Program-made: the position numbers and the translations under genes
Assembly (NCBI GenBank): GCA_965287045.1
Contig: OZ336880.1
Span: 52,948,001 to 53,012,000 of the forward strand
Direction: 5' to 3'
Length of the DNA: 64,000 bases
Source: Carcharhinus amblyrhynchos
Lineage: Eukaryota
The notes under the pieces: model-generated
Databases searched by the model: none
Seen by the model: the letters and a program-made list of their open reading frames with translations, nothing else
What the model was told of the DNA's origin: nothing
In this document: in pieces, positions 38,281 through 52,133 of the stretch
Position numbering within the stretch: the first letter of the stretch is position 1
Layout: each line of letters opens with the position of its first letter

Positions 38281-41199
38281 AACACTGCCTGCCACAAGTG
38301 GGAGATGGCAATGGAAGGAACTCCCAAAATCTGCAGTCAATGTTCTTCAGGTGGATCTTTTACTTCTTAAGAGCAGGTTGTGGGAAGACCATTCCCCTCT
38401 ACCGCACACCTCACCTCAGTGATCTTTTGAGTCATTTTTCCCCCATACGTAATCGGTTTGCTCAGAGCTAGGGTGACTGATAGCCTTCTCACAATTATTC
38501 TCTCCTTCTTGCACCACTACTCTGAGAACAGTCCTCCAAAGTTACCTGGCCATGAAAGAATGAACTAGGTCGGGAGTTTATCTTCCTTCTTTGTTTTCAA
38601 TTGAAAATGTTGCCTTTTTGGTTAATTTATCAAATGGGTTCAGTTCATAGAATTGGCATCTCAACCAGTGAGAAAGATGTGGTATCACAAATTCCCTTTT
38701 CTTTATCTTTGTAAAAAAAAGGCAGAATTTAGGCTAAGATTCATACACAACTCAAATGTGTCAGGATATCCTGAGATGGAATAGAATATCTGCAGGGGCA
38801 GGTTTCTGAGAGAGTCCAGTCAGAAAATTTCTCACCGTAAAAAAGAGGCAGCTTTTCACTTCCACGCCCCACAATCCAAGAATTTCATAGTGTCCTCCTA
38901 TAGACAATAGGCTTCCTCCCGAAAACAATAGGGATATCCCGGAGTCACCGAGTAATAGCAGGAGGCTGCTTAGTTTAAATGCTCCACCTGGGACTGAAGG
39001 CTGACTCAATACTGCAGTGTCAGCAATTTGAAACGATAATATAAGTCACATCTCAGTGACTGCAAATACCTTCTCTCTCAAAGAATTTGATGACATGTCA
39101 TAAAAATGTGGAATCTAAACTTAATCTTCTAACCGCCAAATTAAAGCTGTTTACCATTTTTCCTTTGCAAAAGTTGCTTGGATAACTGATGTGACAATGG
39201 TACAGCCCTTCATTGTTAACTAATGTTATGGTGCACTCATTAGCAACAATGGATCACAAAGCAACAGAACACGCTCACATCCGTTCTTCACATTTCCTTA
39301 ATTGTTTACAACAGTCTTTGCTGCAACAACAGCTAAATGTCAATGCACTTATGAAACTGTCAAATCAGCGATGAACTTAGTTTTCTACTGTTCTTCACTG
39401 TTCTCCCTCCTGATTGGTCATGTTCTGTTCCCTGAGTTAATAATCTGGAAAGATCGAGTACACAGAGAGGCTATAAAATCATTATAACATATGAAACCAT
39501 TTTTAACAACAGGAAAGATACTTTACCATTCTTGTTTAACTGGGATTAAACAGGAAGACTTGGCTGCTTCTCAATAACCTTGGGGTTTGTAACTTGAATA
39601 ATTTTCAAATATTTATTCCAAATGTGAGATTCATAGAAATTAAAATCTTACAAGATTTAACAGGTCTGAAAACAAATTAAAATAGTAATAGTAATTAGTT
39701 TTGACGCATCTAAAAATCACAGGTCTTGAATGGATTGCTGACAAATGACATGGTCTACATGACCTTGCAAAATACTTTGGTAAATAGCCTATTAGTATGT
39801 TTCCATGCTGCAAATTTAAATAAAATATTATAACTATAGTGACAGTTCCCACTTTAAATAAATGGCCTTTGAGTGTTGATTCCCTCCAGCAAGCCCAGAA
39901 GGGAAGTCAAGGTTCCTGTCTAACTAAAGTACACAACAAATGCTCTTTCTGTCAGAGATGCTTGCTTTCATCAGCTCCATAACAGAAGTTCAAACATATC
40001 ATGGGGAATGAATCTGGCAGGTCTGACAGAGAGCTTTGGCATGTCATGTGATCCAATAAAAGCTAAATTAATATCACTACATGTCTTCACAAGCAAGCTA
40101 GGGTTCATATTAACCCTTAAACAATCCAGCACTGCACATTTTCTGTCTCAAATAGTCTGTGTTTCATTTTCATTAGCTGAATGAATGTTAATAGGAAAAT
40201 AATAATTTAACTTACAATTTCAACCTACCAACAGATCAAAAAGGTGCTTAGTAAATCAAGTTTAAAATAATCTTCTTGCGTAGTTTCGTGGTATTTTGAA
40301 GATACGCTTGTCGGCAAGCAGTGAGAAGTATTTTCAATATAACTCTCCCCACTCAGCAAATAACATCCATTATGCAGAAAATAACAGATAACCTTAGAAT
40401 GATTACAGGGCAGTAACCTTAACAAGGGATTTAAATGGGACCATTAATCTCACTAGTATCTATTTTTTAAAAGAATAATACATACTAATAGAGTTCTATC
40501 ATGGGTTGCATTCAGCATTCACTAAGCAGATGTCAAGTGTGAATGCTGACTGTACATTTGATGGACTTGAACTTAGTTCACCACCACCCCCCACCTGCAA
40601 TTTCAGGCACAAACACAGCAATATAGCAACAACCGCCAGCGCAAAACGGGTGTGCAAGAGGACCAATAAATCAGCCCCCTGCACCACAAACAGAAGGAAA
40701 GTCAACCAGCAGAGACGTCAGAACTGGGTCTACAGTAAGCCTGTGAAGAGAGAAGGAGTGGGAGGAGGGCGGCGCAACAGGCCCCTAGTGGGAGGAACAC
40801 TTTTTTTTAATGGAAGCTTCTAGTGAATCCTTTAAGGACAACTGATTTCACTGAAATAGCCTGAGAAGTCTGTCTGAGTGATTGGGCTGCAATGGACGTG
40901 TAAGCTGCAAAGAGTCAGGCAACATCAAGCCTTTCATTTGCCTGGGCCACAGGTCTAATGCTAACTTAAGTGCAGAAGCAAATTACCATAGATTCTGCAA
41001 ATCTGAAATAAAAGCAGAAAATGGGAGAAACAGTCAGACAGAACCTGTGGAGAAAGAAATAGTTTTAAATTGATGAACTCCCATCAAAACTGGGAAACAT
41101 GGATGTGTGCATACTGCATGTCATAGTGAGCTCTTCAGTATTTATTTTATACCAACTGGCTAATGTCTTTGTTATATGGTGATTAGCACTTTTTAAAAT

Positions 41200-41345
41200 T
41201 ATTTGTTCACAGGATGTGGGCATCACTGGCTCAGCCAGCATTTATTGCCCATCCCTAATTGCTCTTGAGTGGGTGGTGGTGAGCTGCCTTCTTGAATCAC
41301 TGCAATCGATGTGTTGTAAGTACACGCATAGTGCTGTTAGGGAGA
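41200..41345 (-). mobile_element. CR1/L2-group LINE 3' tail
   Basis: ggatgtgggcatcactggc..gcatttattgcccatccctaattgc..gtggtggtgagctgccttcttgaa; same family as 1431-3235. Confidence 0.8.
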
Positions 41346-42984
41346 CAATGAGACAGAGTAATAACACCCATTGAAGCATAATTGGTAAATAATTATTAAT
41401 CAAACAAATTATCAATGATTCTTGGAATTGTTACACAGCGAGTCAAGACAGGAGATAAAAGGTATTATAAATTTCAGTTTCTGACTAGTGTATTGTGACA
41501 AATGACTAAAGGCCTGGTTCTCAAATAATAGGCTGCAACTCAAAGCTTTTAACATATTTTGACACAATATAGTTCTGTAGTTCTCATTTTTGCATATTAA
41601 TCCCAGATCCTAGATTTGATCTTCACAAGTGAAGTGTATAAAAGGGAGGTATTCCACAAAAAGAGGATTAATAAATCGCGTTATAACAACTGTCAGTTTA
41701 CTCTGGTTTGTTTATATTGTGTTAGGGTGGCGCAAAACTAGTGCAACAAATGGAAAATGCATTAACTGAATGAAAATTCTAAATCAGATAATTTGGAAAG
41801 AATGCACATGCATTCTTGTAGCAAATCAAGGAGATTTCTTTCTTTATCCAATGGTGTTACAGTAATTATTACTCAGGGGTGGGGAAAGACAGCAGCTATT
41901 AGCCTCATTTTGGATTTGCTTTTGCTGTCAATTATCCTGCAACACCGGAGTTAAATGGTAGCATTTCCCCAGTAACAATCATTTAAGTTTAAAAATGGTG
42001 CATTTTCTTCGCTCGCAGTAAATGTGCGGCTGTCTCGTAATTTGCATAATATTCCCAACTGGCCACCAAAACAAAAAAAATGCACAAATGTTTGTTTCAA
42101 ATGGACTCAGACAAGTCTACTCAGCATTCCGTATAATTCAGATCTTGTTGTCAACCACTAGTTAGCATCGAATGGTTTTCTTCTGCTTCCAAAGAATAGA
42201 TATTGACTCAGTTTTATTAAGACTGAATTTGATTATGTGGCAGAAAGCTATTTTTGGCAACAGCAATGGAGTTGAGTTTTGACGGTCGCAAATTGTGGAG
42301 TTAATTAAATGTGAATGATTAATTGAAGATTGAATAATAAATAAATCTGATTCGATTCATAAGTACAAATAAAAATCATCTAATATGTGAAAGGTTGTTT
42401 ATGTGATGAGGGTGAGAGAGCAGGGAGTTGGTGATTGGGCATTGCAAAAATGCAATGCACCAATGCACCAAACTATATTGTAAGAACACAAGTACTTCTA
42501 AGTCTACGCTCCTGGAGCTAAGAGTTGCATTTGGGAAGCAATTGTTTCTCTCACTACGCCCCCTCCATCACACCCCTCTACCATACCCTCCCCCTCCCCC
42601 CGCAACCCCCCCAACACTCTTGCTGTCTTTCGCTCTCTCTCTCCTCCACATCCAAGTGGATAGAGATAGAGATAGACACAAAGACAGAAATTCGACAATC
42701 GCAACCATAGCAAACTGAATTCAAATCCCCCCACATCCTCCCACATTTATCTTTCAGCCTGTATTACAAGCTTTATTCCACAATTATACCCACTTCAAGG
42801 TAAAGGACTTTAATTCCTGGCCATCCGATGTGAGCTCTATACACACTCCATCCCCTGAGTCTCTGACGTGTTTGTAACCTCTGTCTCTCTATTGATAAGT
42901 TACTGTAGAGGAACAATCCATTGTGCAAGTTGATGTCTTTACTTTTTTTGTTCATTTTAAAACTATTTCTTTCTCCTGTTGATC

Positions 42985-43165
42985 ATGTTCCTCTAATCCT
43001 TTTGAAGCAAGGATAGATACATTTTTGAACAGTAAAGGAATTAAGGGTTATGGTGAGTGAGCGGGTAAGTGGAGCTGAGTCCACAGATCTTATTGAATGG
43101 CGGAGCAGGCTCGAGGGGCAAGATGGCCTATTCCTGCTCCTAGTTCTAATGTTTTTATGTTCTTA
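42985..43165 (+). mobile_element. CR1 LINE 3' end
   Basis: gatagatacatttttg..aagggttatgg..gaatggcggagcaggctcgagggg..cctgctcctagttct..tatgttct. Confidence 0.85.
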
Positions 43166-43671
43166 ATCCACAAAACTTGACCTCGACACAGGGCCCTAAT
43201 ATACTTGCAGCCAGTCCCACATCACAGGGAGTGGAGAGGGAATGGAGAAATGTTACTATTCCCACTGAGGGTTGACCATATTCATGTTTCAAGATGACAC
43301 AGGAGCATGGCGACTCTTTACAAGCAATGTATGGTATGATTTGTATGGGTACCACGCAAAACAATACTTTTCAGTGCATCTCGGTACATGTGATAATAAT
43401 AGTTCAAACAAAATCAAATCAAACTATTTAAAGGTTGGGTCATACTAATGTTCTACTCTTAGAAGTCACCTATATCTTTGTAAGTAAAATAGAAAGCATC
43501 ATTTATTAAACATGTTAGTGGCATCTAGTGGCAGAGGATCAATACTGAACCAACCGTAATTTTATTTGCAACTGGCAGGGTCTATAGCTTTAAACTCTCC
43601 ATGTGCTATTTAATTGTAATGTCATCTGACCATCGGACACTTGAACTAGGCTCAATCTAATGTTCTACTGA

Positions 43672-44065
43672 ACATATAAACATAGGAACACAGGAATTAG
43701 AAGCAGAACTAAGCAAAATCAACCCTTTGAGCCTACTCCGCCATTCAATCAAATCATGGCTGATCACTCCCTGGTCTCAAATCCATCTCCCTACCAATTC
43801 CCCATATCTTTTTAACCCATTTTTAAAATTAGAAATATATCTATCTCCTCCTTGAACTATTTAATGATTTCAGACCCCACTACATTATGGGGTAGCGAGT
43901 TCCACAAATTCACCACCCTCTGCAAGAAGTAGCTCCTCCTCATTTAAGTCTTAAATCTATCACCTCTCAACCTAACCTGTGACCTCTTGTTCTAGATTAC
44001 CCCTTAAGAAGAAACAATTGGTCTACGTTTACTCTATCAATCCCTTTCAGAATTTTATATAGCTC
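43672..44065 (-). mobile_element. CR1 LINE 3' fragment
   Basis: aacataggaaca tail; gagcctactccgccattcaat..catggctgatc; gagttccacaaattcaccaccctctg. Confidence 0.85.
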
Positions 44066-44764
44066 AGTCAGAAGCTGAAGTTAAATTGAACTATCTCCTG
44101 GTACTGCTGAGATATTGTGACATCATAGAAGTGGGAATATCTTTTTTTAAGAGTGTCCATGGTGTTCTAAATTGGGTAACTCAATTGTCCGATATAAGCA
44201 GTATGTTAATTATCATTAATAATTTGACACCAAGTTGTCAGAGTGTGTCACTGAAATTGCTGATATAGGAGGTGCATGAGTCAAATAAATTGGCCCCACA
44301 AGAGGATAATAATGAATGTTTTCTTCATGACAACACTCAGCCAATTAGCATGCACTTCTTTGTTTATTTCTGTGTCTCCTTCTGATTTATCAATAAGCGC
44401 ACTTTTTTAACTCTTATCCTTCTGAATAGGAATTGCAAAAAGAAAAACCACACTATTGCCCCGAATTTTGCCAATTGAACATTTTGTTGCACCTAGTAAC
44501 TAGCACTAATCTTGCTCACCAGTAAAGCTCATTGAAATCGACTTTGCCACCGCAAGGAATTGCATCTAAGTAAACAGAAAAATAGTATTTCAATGACACA
44601 TGAACTTATAGAGCATCATAATTTCATGTATGCCATTAGTTGAGCAACAGTATCCTGCCTTTTCCAGAACATTCAATACATTTTAATCATCAGATGTGCT
44701 ATAATGTTCTCCGCAATTTTGATAATAGATAAACTGGATTAATAAAATGTAAATACTGATGTTG

Positions 44765-44895
44765 AATTGAGGCTGTCTTAGCTTAGTAAGACATGGTCAA
44801 CATTCAGGCCTGGGCTAATAAGTGAAAAGTAACATTTGTGGTACACAAGTGCCAAGCATGTCCAAAAACAACAAAACTAGCCCATCTCCCTTTGG
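44765..44895 (+). mobile_element. CR1/L2-group LINE internal RT fragment
   Basis: Reads DMVNIQAWANK*KVTFVVHKCQA. Confidence 0.55.
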
Positions 44896-44904
44896 CAATC
44901 ATTG

Positions 44905-46660
44905 GCACCACATCCAATATTTCTGCAGCTGTGTCTTCTGGAGCCCCACGGTGTAGCCCATCATGTCCCAGGGATTTGTCGGATTTTCATTCCTTAATTT
45001 TCTCCAGTACTTTATCTCTGCTGATACTAATGTCCTTAATTTCCTCACTCTTTTTAGCTTCTAGATTATCATCTATTTCTGGATTCAAATGTGTGTCTTC
45101 TACAATGATGACAAATGCAAAATATTTGTTCAGTCCCTCCATTTCCTCATTCCAATGATAAAGTCTCTTGTCTCTTTTTATCAGGGACCAACATTTATTT
45201 TAACTGCTCTTGTCATTTTTGCATACTTTAAAAGCTCTTATAATCTGTTTTTACATTCCTGGCTAGTTTACTTTCATATTCTACTTTTCCTTTTTCAGCA
45301 CCATTTTGGTGGCCCTTTGCTGGTTTCTAAAACACTCTCAATGCTCAGGCTTGCTACTGTTATTTACAACAACGTAAGCTTATTTTAATAGAATACTAGC
45401 ATTAATTTCCTCAGTGCCTCACGGATAGGTCCCTCTTGGTGTGTTTTTGTTCTTCAGTGGAGTGTATTTTTGTTGAACATTTTGATTTGTTTTTATAAAT
45501 GTTTCCCACTTTTCATTTTACCTCCATATCTTTTAATTTGTTTGCCCAATTAACCTGAACCAGATCGCCCCTCATTTCTATGTAAGTGGCTTTATTTAAA
45601 TTTAAGATTTTTTTGTTTGCATGTCACTTTCAGATTTAACATGAAGTTCAATGATATTATGGTCATTATTTCCTAACTGAACTTATACCAAAATAACATA
45701 AGAACATAAGAAATAGGAGCAGGAGTAGGCCATCCAGCCCTTCGAGCCTGCCCCGCTATTCAATAAGATCATGCTGCTGATCTGTCGTGTCTCAGTTCCA
45801 CATTCCCGCCTTCTCCCCATAACCCTTAATCCCCTCGCTTATCAAAAACCCATCAACCCGCATCTTAAAAATATTTAGCGAGGCAGCCTCCACCACCTCA
45901 ACGGGCAGAGAATTCCAGAGATTCACCACCCTTTGAGTGAAGAAGTTCCTCCTCAACTCCGTTCTAAACCACCCCCCCTTTATCTTGAGGCTGTGCCCCC
46001 TAGTCCCACTGTCCTTTCTAAACGGGAAGAGCCTCTCCACCTCTATCCTATCCATCCCATTCATCATCTTATATGTCTCAACGAGATCTCCCCTCATTCT
46101 TCTAAACTCTAACGAGTACAAACCTAGTTTATTCAGCCTCTCCTCATAGCTCAACCCCCTCAACTCCGGTATCAGCCTAGTAAACTTCCTCTGCACTCCC
46201 TCCAAGGCCAAAATATCCTTGCGTAAGTACGGCGCCCAAAACTGCACACAGTACTCCAGCTGCGGCGTCCATTACTAATTAACCCCGTTTCATTACACAA
46301 TACTAGACCTAAGAAAGCTTTCTCCCTAGTCAGTTCCACAATGCATTGTTTGAAGAAACTGTCACAATAAACATTTGTAAACTTATCTTCTAGGCCATTC
46401 TTGCCAATTTGATTGCTCCTTCCTACATGAAGATTAAAGTCCTACAACTATTACATTTCCTTTATTGCAGGCTTCTCTAGTTTCTCGCTTAATGCTCTGT
46501 CCAATGATATAATTATGGTTAGTGGGTCTACTCCCATCAGTGTTTTCTGACTTGTTCTCTTCCTAATTTCCACCCATACTCACCCTATTTAATGATCTTC
46601 AAAGGCTTGATCTCTATATATTCCTTTACGATCAGAAATACTCAAACTCTTTTGCTATTC
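44905..46660 (-). mobile_element. Old CR1 fragment (endonuclease-RT linker region), split by a younger CR1
   Basis: Degenerate KSDKSLGHDGLHRG-like motif near 44940-44990; aaatatttgttcag; the sequence resumes after 46270. Confidence 0.6.
45695..46270 (-). mobile_element. Young, short 5'-truncated CR1 LINE
   Basis: (aacataag)n tail; open frame 45792-46247 QFWAPYLRKDILALEGVQRKFTRLIP..RNFFTQRVVNLWNSLP. Confidence 0.95.
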
Positions 46661-47265
46661 TGTATGCCTTTCCAAAATATTACTCTAAAACATTATTTCT
46701 CAACCTTGATCATCTTGCGACCAAGACCCAAATTGTTTTGGATGGCAGGGTCATGCTTCACCCTACCAACTCCAAGCATCACGCAGGCATTTCACAGTTG
46801 AATGAACATCAATGGACTGCAGGCAGGTCTTCCGTCCCTCACTTGGAAAACCCCATCTTTGACAGCTGTCAGTCAATCTGATTTATTGGCAACTCTCAGG
46901 CCCTGGGGGAGGTTAGGTTCCTTCCTCTCCCTCCCACTCTCCACCCCTGGGGATTGTTAAAGGTCAACATGAGTGTGCATAAAAATTGCAAAAACTAATT
47001 AACTGTCATGCTCATTCAAAATGTCCTGTCATACTGTCAAGGTATCTAAAACTTCTGGCATTTAAATTTTGAAAAAGTACATGGAATGTTAAAAAGAAGT
47101 TTCCTATTTAACAACCTTCCATTATCACATTAGGGTGCCTTCCATATTAGGTTGATTGACAGCTCCAAGTGGTTCTGCACTCTGTGAGGGAGGACTATGA
47201 ATTCTAATGCATGATTTTATAAGGGATTAAGCACTTGAGTTAATGAAGATGTTGTTTAAGGAATG

Positions 47266-47625
47266 GGAGAGATAGTGGCACAGTGGTAATGTCACTGGAC
47301 TAGTGATTCAGAAGCCCCGGCTAATAGTCTGGGATCGTGTATTTATATCCCACCACAGCAGCTGATGGAATTTAAATTAAATGATTAAATATGGTTAATC
47401 TCAGTAATGGTGGCCATAAAACTATCACTGAACATTGCAAAGATTTGTCTGATTTGCAAAGACATTGAGGGAAGGAAATCTAGCCTATATGTGACTCCAA
47501 ACCCAGAGAAATGTGGTTGATGTTTCATTATCCTTTGAACTGTTCAGCTCAAGGGCAATTAAGGATGGGCAACAAATCTGGGTTTTGCCAGTGACACCCA
47601 CATTCCATGGAAGAAAAGAGAAAAA
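47266..47625 (+). mobile_element. tRNA-derived SINE (CR1/L2-tailed family)
   Basis: gtggcacagtggtaatgtcactggactagt head; tail aagggcaattaaggatgggcaacaaat..gccagtgacacccacattccatg. Confidence 0.85.
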
Positions 47626-49589
47626 TATGTAATGAATTACAGGGTATTTAAAAAAATAAAGTCTGCAATAGACAGAGCTTCATTTAATTTAATATCAACA
47701 TGGATCCTGAAGTCTGCCCATGGTGCATATCGGGTGAGTTGGCATGTCCGATGTCAGGGAAAAGACTGATATTATGGGCAACATGGGTTAGCATGAGTTG
47801 ATATCAGGGCTATGAAGGGCCATGGTGTGTGTAGAGGAGCATAAATTGGCATGGAGCATATGGGAGCCATGGGGATGAATAGAGTGGCAGATGTTAACGT
47901 GGGAGTGTGTAGAGGCAATGAGGCGACATGGGTTGGCATGAATGGCATATACAGAGTGTGTGATGGGTGGTGAAGATGTGAGATGTGAGGGCTGGAGGAC
48001 ATTTTTTTTGTTTTATTCCTTTTTGAAAAGACGTTGGACACAGTACTGAAGCGTAGAGACATGTCTTCTGCCCAGCCCATCACCACAACAAGCAGTCTCC
48101 GCACTCATTCCTGAGCAGTGGGCTTGACTTCCTGAGAACATGGAATGAAAATCTAACATACAGAGTACCTTCTCCCAAGCCAGGTTTGCAGACTGCTGAG
48201 AAATGTTCTGCCTTGATGCTTCTGACCTTGAAGAGAAAATCCAGATCTTGCAGTGTGTCCCACATCAATGGCACTCAGGGTTAAAGAGTAGGGATGTGCT
48301 GCAAGTACAATGCTCATACTTGTATCTAGCGTTTCAGTGATTGAAAACTGATATCTGAGAACCAAACCCCATTCATTTTCAACCATATAGCTTTAAATAG
48401 GGTTGATGACATTGAAGCCAGATACCCTTTAAAAAGTGACAAGACTTTAAAACTCAAATTGCATTTAAAAATGTTTTGTATTCATTTGCATGATGAGTAA
48501 TATATACAACCAGCTAAGGAATCAAAAATATCTGTAGGTTGATAATTAGTAAGATATGAGTCATATTGTGTTGGTACAAAAGAAGGAATAAAGCATGAGC
48601 AATGAAAACATAAGGTGCATACATCTTTCAAGGTTGGTATTGTAAAGCTTGTATTTCATCAGAACTTTTGAATGATATGCTTATGCTTCAACTGTATTAA
48701 AGTTGCCAGTTATAATACAACATAAAAGCAATGGATCTGAAGATAGTTTTCCTTCATAAGTACATGTTCAATGACATTGTTCATGATATGTTGGAGCACC
48801 TGTTGAAACATGAAGAAGAACATCACATAAGGGAGATTTGCATGCCCACAAGGCACCTCAGCCTGATTTGTCAATCATTATAAATGGATAGAATGTTGAG
48901 TGGGTTGCGTTATGGGCAGGCCATGCTCCATGCTTGACTTTCCTAGACTGCTGCACCAGGCTATCCAATACACTCAAGTACATTAAAATCTGCCCATTTA
49001 CTTGAAGAGACTTTTAGTGGGTGATAATTGACATGACAATTGTATGCCATAGAAAATTGCTTTTATGAACAATATTGGCTTTATTTGTGACTGAACTAAA
49101 CATAATTCCCAGTACAAAGAATCCAGAATCTGATTGCCCCCTCATTACATGGTTCTGAGATCTAATTAGTTGAAGTGTTATAGTTTTAAGTCTATGATTT
49201 GATTAGCCGAAGGGAATGTACAATAACTCTGGTAAAAACATCATTTGCTTTTATAAAGTATTTCTATTTTTATAATTCCCTTCTTAACTGTAGTTGCTAC
49301 ATTTCCATAATAAGTAATTGTATGTGTACAACTTTAAAATATTTCTATGAAGGGTAATAAGGCATTGTATAAATGCAAGTAATGCTTTTCTTTCAGCATA
49401 CAAACAGCAGCGTCTTCATTAAATGTTTTACAAACACTGGATTCTCACTTACATTTCAACATGATTTTGAGTTCTTTTAATTAGTTTGAAGAATTCCAGA
49501 AAGGAGTTTCAAAACATTCAATGCATTCGATGTAAAGTAATGCAAAACACTTCCCATTTGAAAGTATATGCATCATTTTAATAAAATTA

Positions 49590-49975
49590 GGAGGAGACGG
49601 TGACGTAGTGGTAACATCATTCGGCTAGTAATCCAGAGGCCCAGGCAAATGCTCTGGGGACATGGGCTCAAATCCCACAATGGCAGCTAGTGGAATTTAA
49701 ATTAAGTTAATTAATGCATTTGTAATATATAGCTAGTCTCAGTAACAGTGACCAGGAAACTATCACTGATTGTCATAAAAGCCCATCAAGTTGACTAGGG
49801 AAGGATATCTGTCATCCTTACCTGGTCCGGCCTACATGTGACTCCAGATCCAGATAATGTGGTTGGGTCTCATATCTATCCTCTGAAATGGCCTGGTAAG
49901 CCACCCATATCAAGGGCAACAGGAATGAGCAATGAAGGCTACTGCTTCCAACCATGCCTACATCCCAGAAAAAGA
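49590..49975 (+). mobile_element. tRNA-derived SINE (CR1/L2-tailed family)
   Basis: ggtgacgtagtggtaac..ctagtaatccagaggcccagg..gggctcaaatcccac head, and a full body through the tail. Confidence 0.88.
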
Positions 49976-52133
49976 TTAGGAAAACACATTTTCATATCTA
50001 CATTTTTCAAAATTAATTCTGATAACAGGCTTTCCTTTTTTGCATCTTCCAACAAATGCAAAGACCAAAATGGAATTATAACATTTCTGATTGTCTTGAC
50101 AAAACTGTCATGATAAAATCTTGTGCAAGAGGTTGATGAAAATGTTAGAATACTTTAACTAAAGACTGAAGATATTGTTGAACCCAAAAGAAAATTACTC
50201 AGGGGACAATATTTTAGTCCTTTACACACAGCTAACTTTCAGTAAACACCTGATTTTTTTTTACACATTTATTCCATCATACAATTCACACCTAGGTGTA
50301 CTAACTAGAAAGAAAGTTAACATATTTTTATACATTTGGTTTCTGCCTGCCGATATAACATAAAACATACTGTTCAAGCTATTTAGAAGGCAAGGACTTC
50401 ACCAACAAGTGGAGAATATTACAGAATGTTGAAGACATAATTAACAATAAAGAAGGGTAAAGAAGACCTTTTTATTGGTGAATAAATGAGATTTGCCCTA
50501 GAAATTGGACCACGCAACAACTGCATTTTGGTTGAAACTTGCCATCTATATTAGATAAGGCAATCAGGAAGTATAATTTGCCCCTGCCTAAAGCAGCTCT
50601 CACACATGCAAATAAGGGGTATATTTCCTTTCTGAGATCCCTTTCCATATGATTAATTTGCCCTGAAGTCGTCAATGCCAACATCCCCTGCACTGAGTGA
50701 ATATAGCCCTATGTATGGCAACACATCTTTCAAGGTTGGTATTGTAAGTAAATAATGTAGCTGATTATGGAGCAAAAGGCAGCATGAGTACTTCTTCTGA
50801 CCCACAATAAAGGAACAGAACACCAATTCTCCCGAAATCCCAATCACAACCACTCTTAATTACTCCCTCACCACTATTCCCCAGGTGAATTTTGAGAAGG
50901 GAAAAGTCCGTAGAAAGCCATTGTAGTATCAAGGGTTTCTGAGACATTGCTAACCTCACAGACATGAATCAGTTCTCAGCCACCTGTCATGTGTGCATCT
51001 GTGTAAAAATGATAGCAGAAGGAAATGTCTTGGTCTTCATTAGCAGAAGCTGATTTTCAAATTCTATCCTGTTTTCTTTTATTCACAAACTAAGACCTCT
51101 GTGAATGTGGTGAACTGTGTTGTGTTCTGCTGTGGGGATATCAATCAAGTAACATTGCTTTCTCAATTGGAGAATGCCATTGATTTTCAACCCTACATCC
51201 AATCGTGATTGGTAGATGCTTCACAGAATTGTTACAGCACAGAAGGATGCCATTCGACCCATCATGTCAGCATTGTTGCCAGCACTGCCAACATTTACAA
51301 ATTAATTACTAATGTATTCATTTCACGTTATTGTGTTAATGTGCACAATTCACACGGAGAGAAATGGGAAAATGAGAAAATTTGCCCTTCCTGAGTGCCC
51401 TGGCAAATCTCAAGTACTTGAAAACAGTAGTGCAAAATCAATAAATCATTTTTTTTAAATACTTGCAGTTTGCAATGCTGCACCCTGTGCTCTATGCCAC
51501 CAGTTTAAGAAACACACACAAAATGTAAGTTAATGAATACAAATAAAATCCTCATTTTTAATAAGCAGAAGCCCATGGGTGTTTTTGGGGCAATGTATGG
51601 CTCCAGAACACAAGCTAGTCACAGCACCACCATGTGATCTGGAGAACCCTGCACAATAGAGAGGCAATAGTCTCCTCTGGTGGTGAAAACAATTCAATTT
51701 ACTTTCAGGGTTTCTTCACAAAATGGCAGTATGAATTTCAGAATATTGGCCACTTTAAATAAATGAATAAAATGTACAGCCTTTCTGTACAATTGAATGA
51801 ATTTTCCCTTTATCTAATCAGATGGAACGATTATACTGCTGAATTTCATCTCAAAAAATGAACACAAACTGTAATCATTTCAATTAACTCACCATGGAAA
51901 TGATGTACATAAATAGATATTGTGATAAATGCCAATGAAATGATCCCATTCTGCCACAAAAAAGGAGGAATAGTAGGCTGGAGAGCATGGTTTTCCATCC
52001 TTAAAAAATTGTAACTTTTACTTCATAGATTCTGATTACAAATCATGCAAGAATCAGGTTAAAAGTGCAAGGATGTATTAGTTCCAATCAGATGGCTGGC
52101 CATCACTTACAAAGCTTTAAAAAGTTGATTAAT

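Noticed and set aside
38281-38311. Host-supplied start codon making a 626-aa domesticated RT gene
   Set aside because: The annotated start is TTG in flanking DNA; there is no evidence of a promoter or selection.
48761-48883. Protein-like reading YMFNDIVHDMLEHLLKHEEEHH
   Set aside because: Short, with a weak acceptor, no good donor before the stop, and no recognisable homology.
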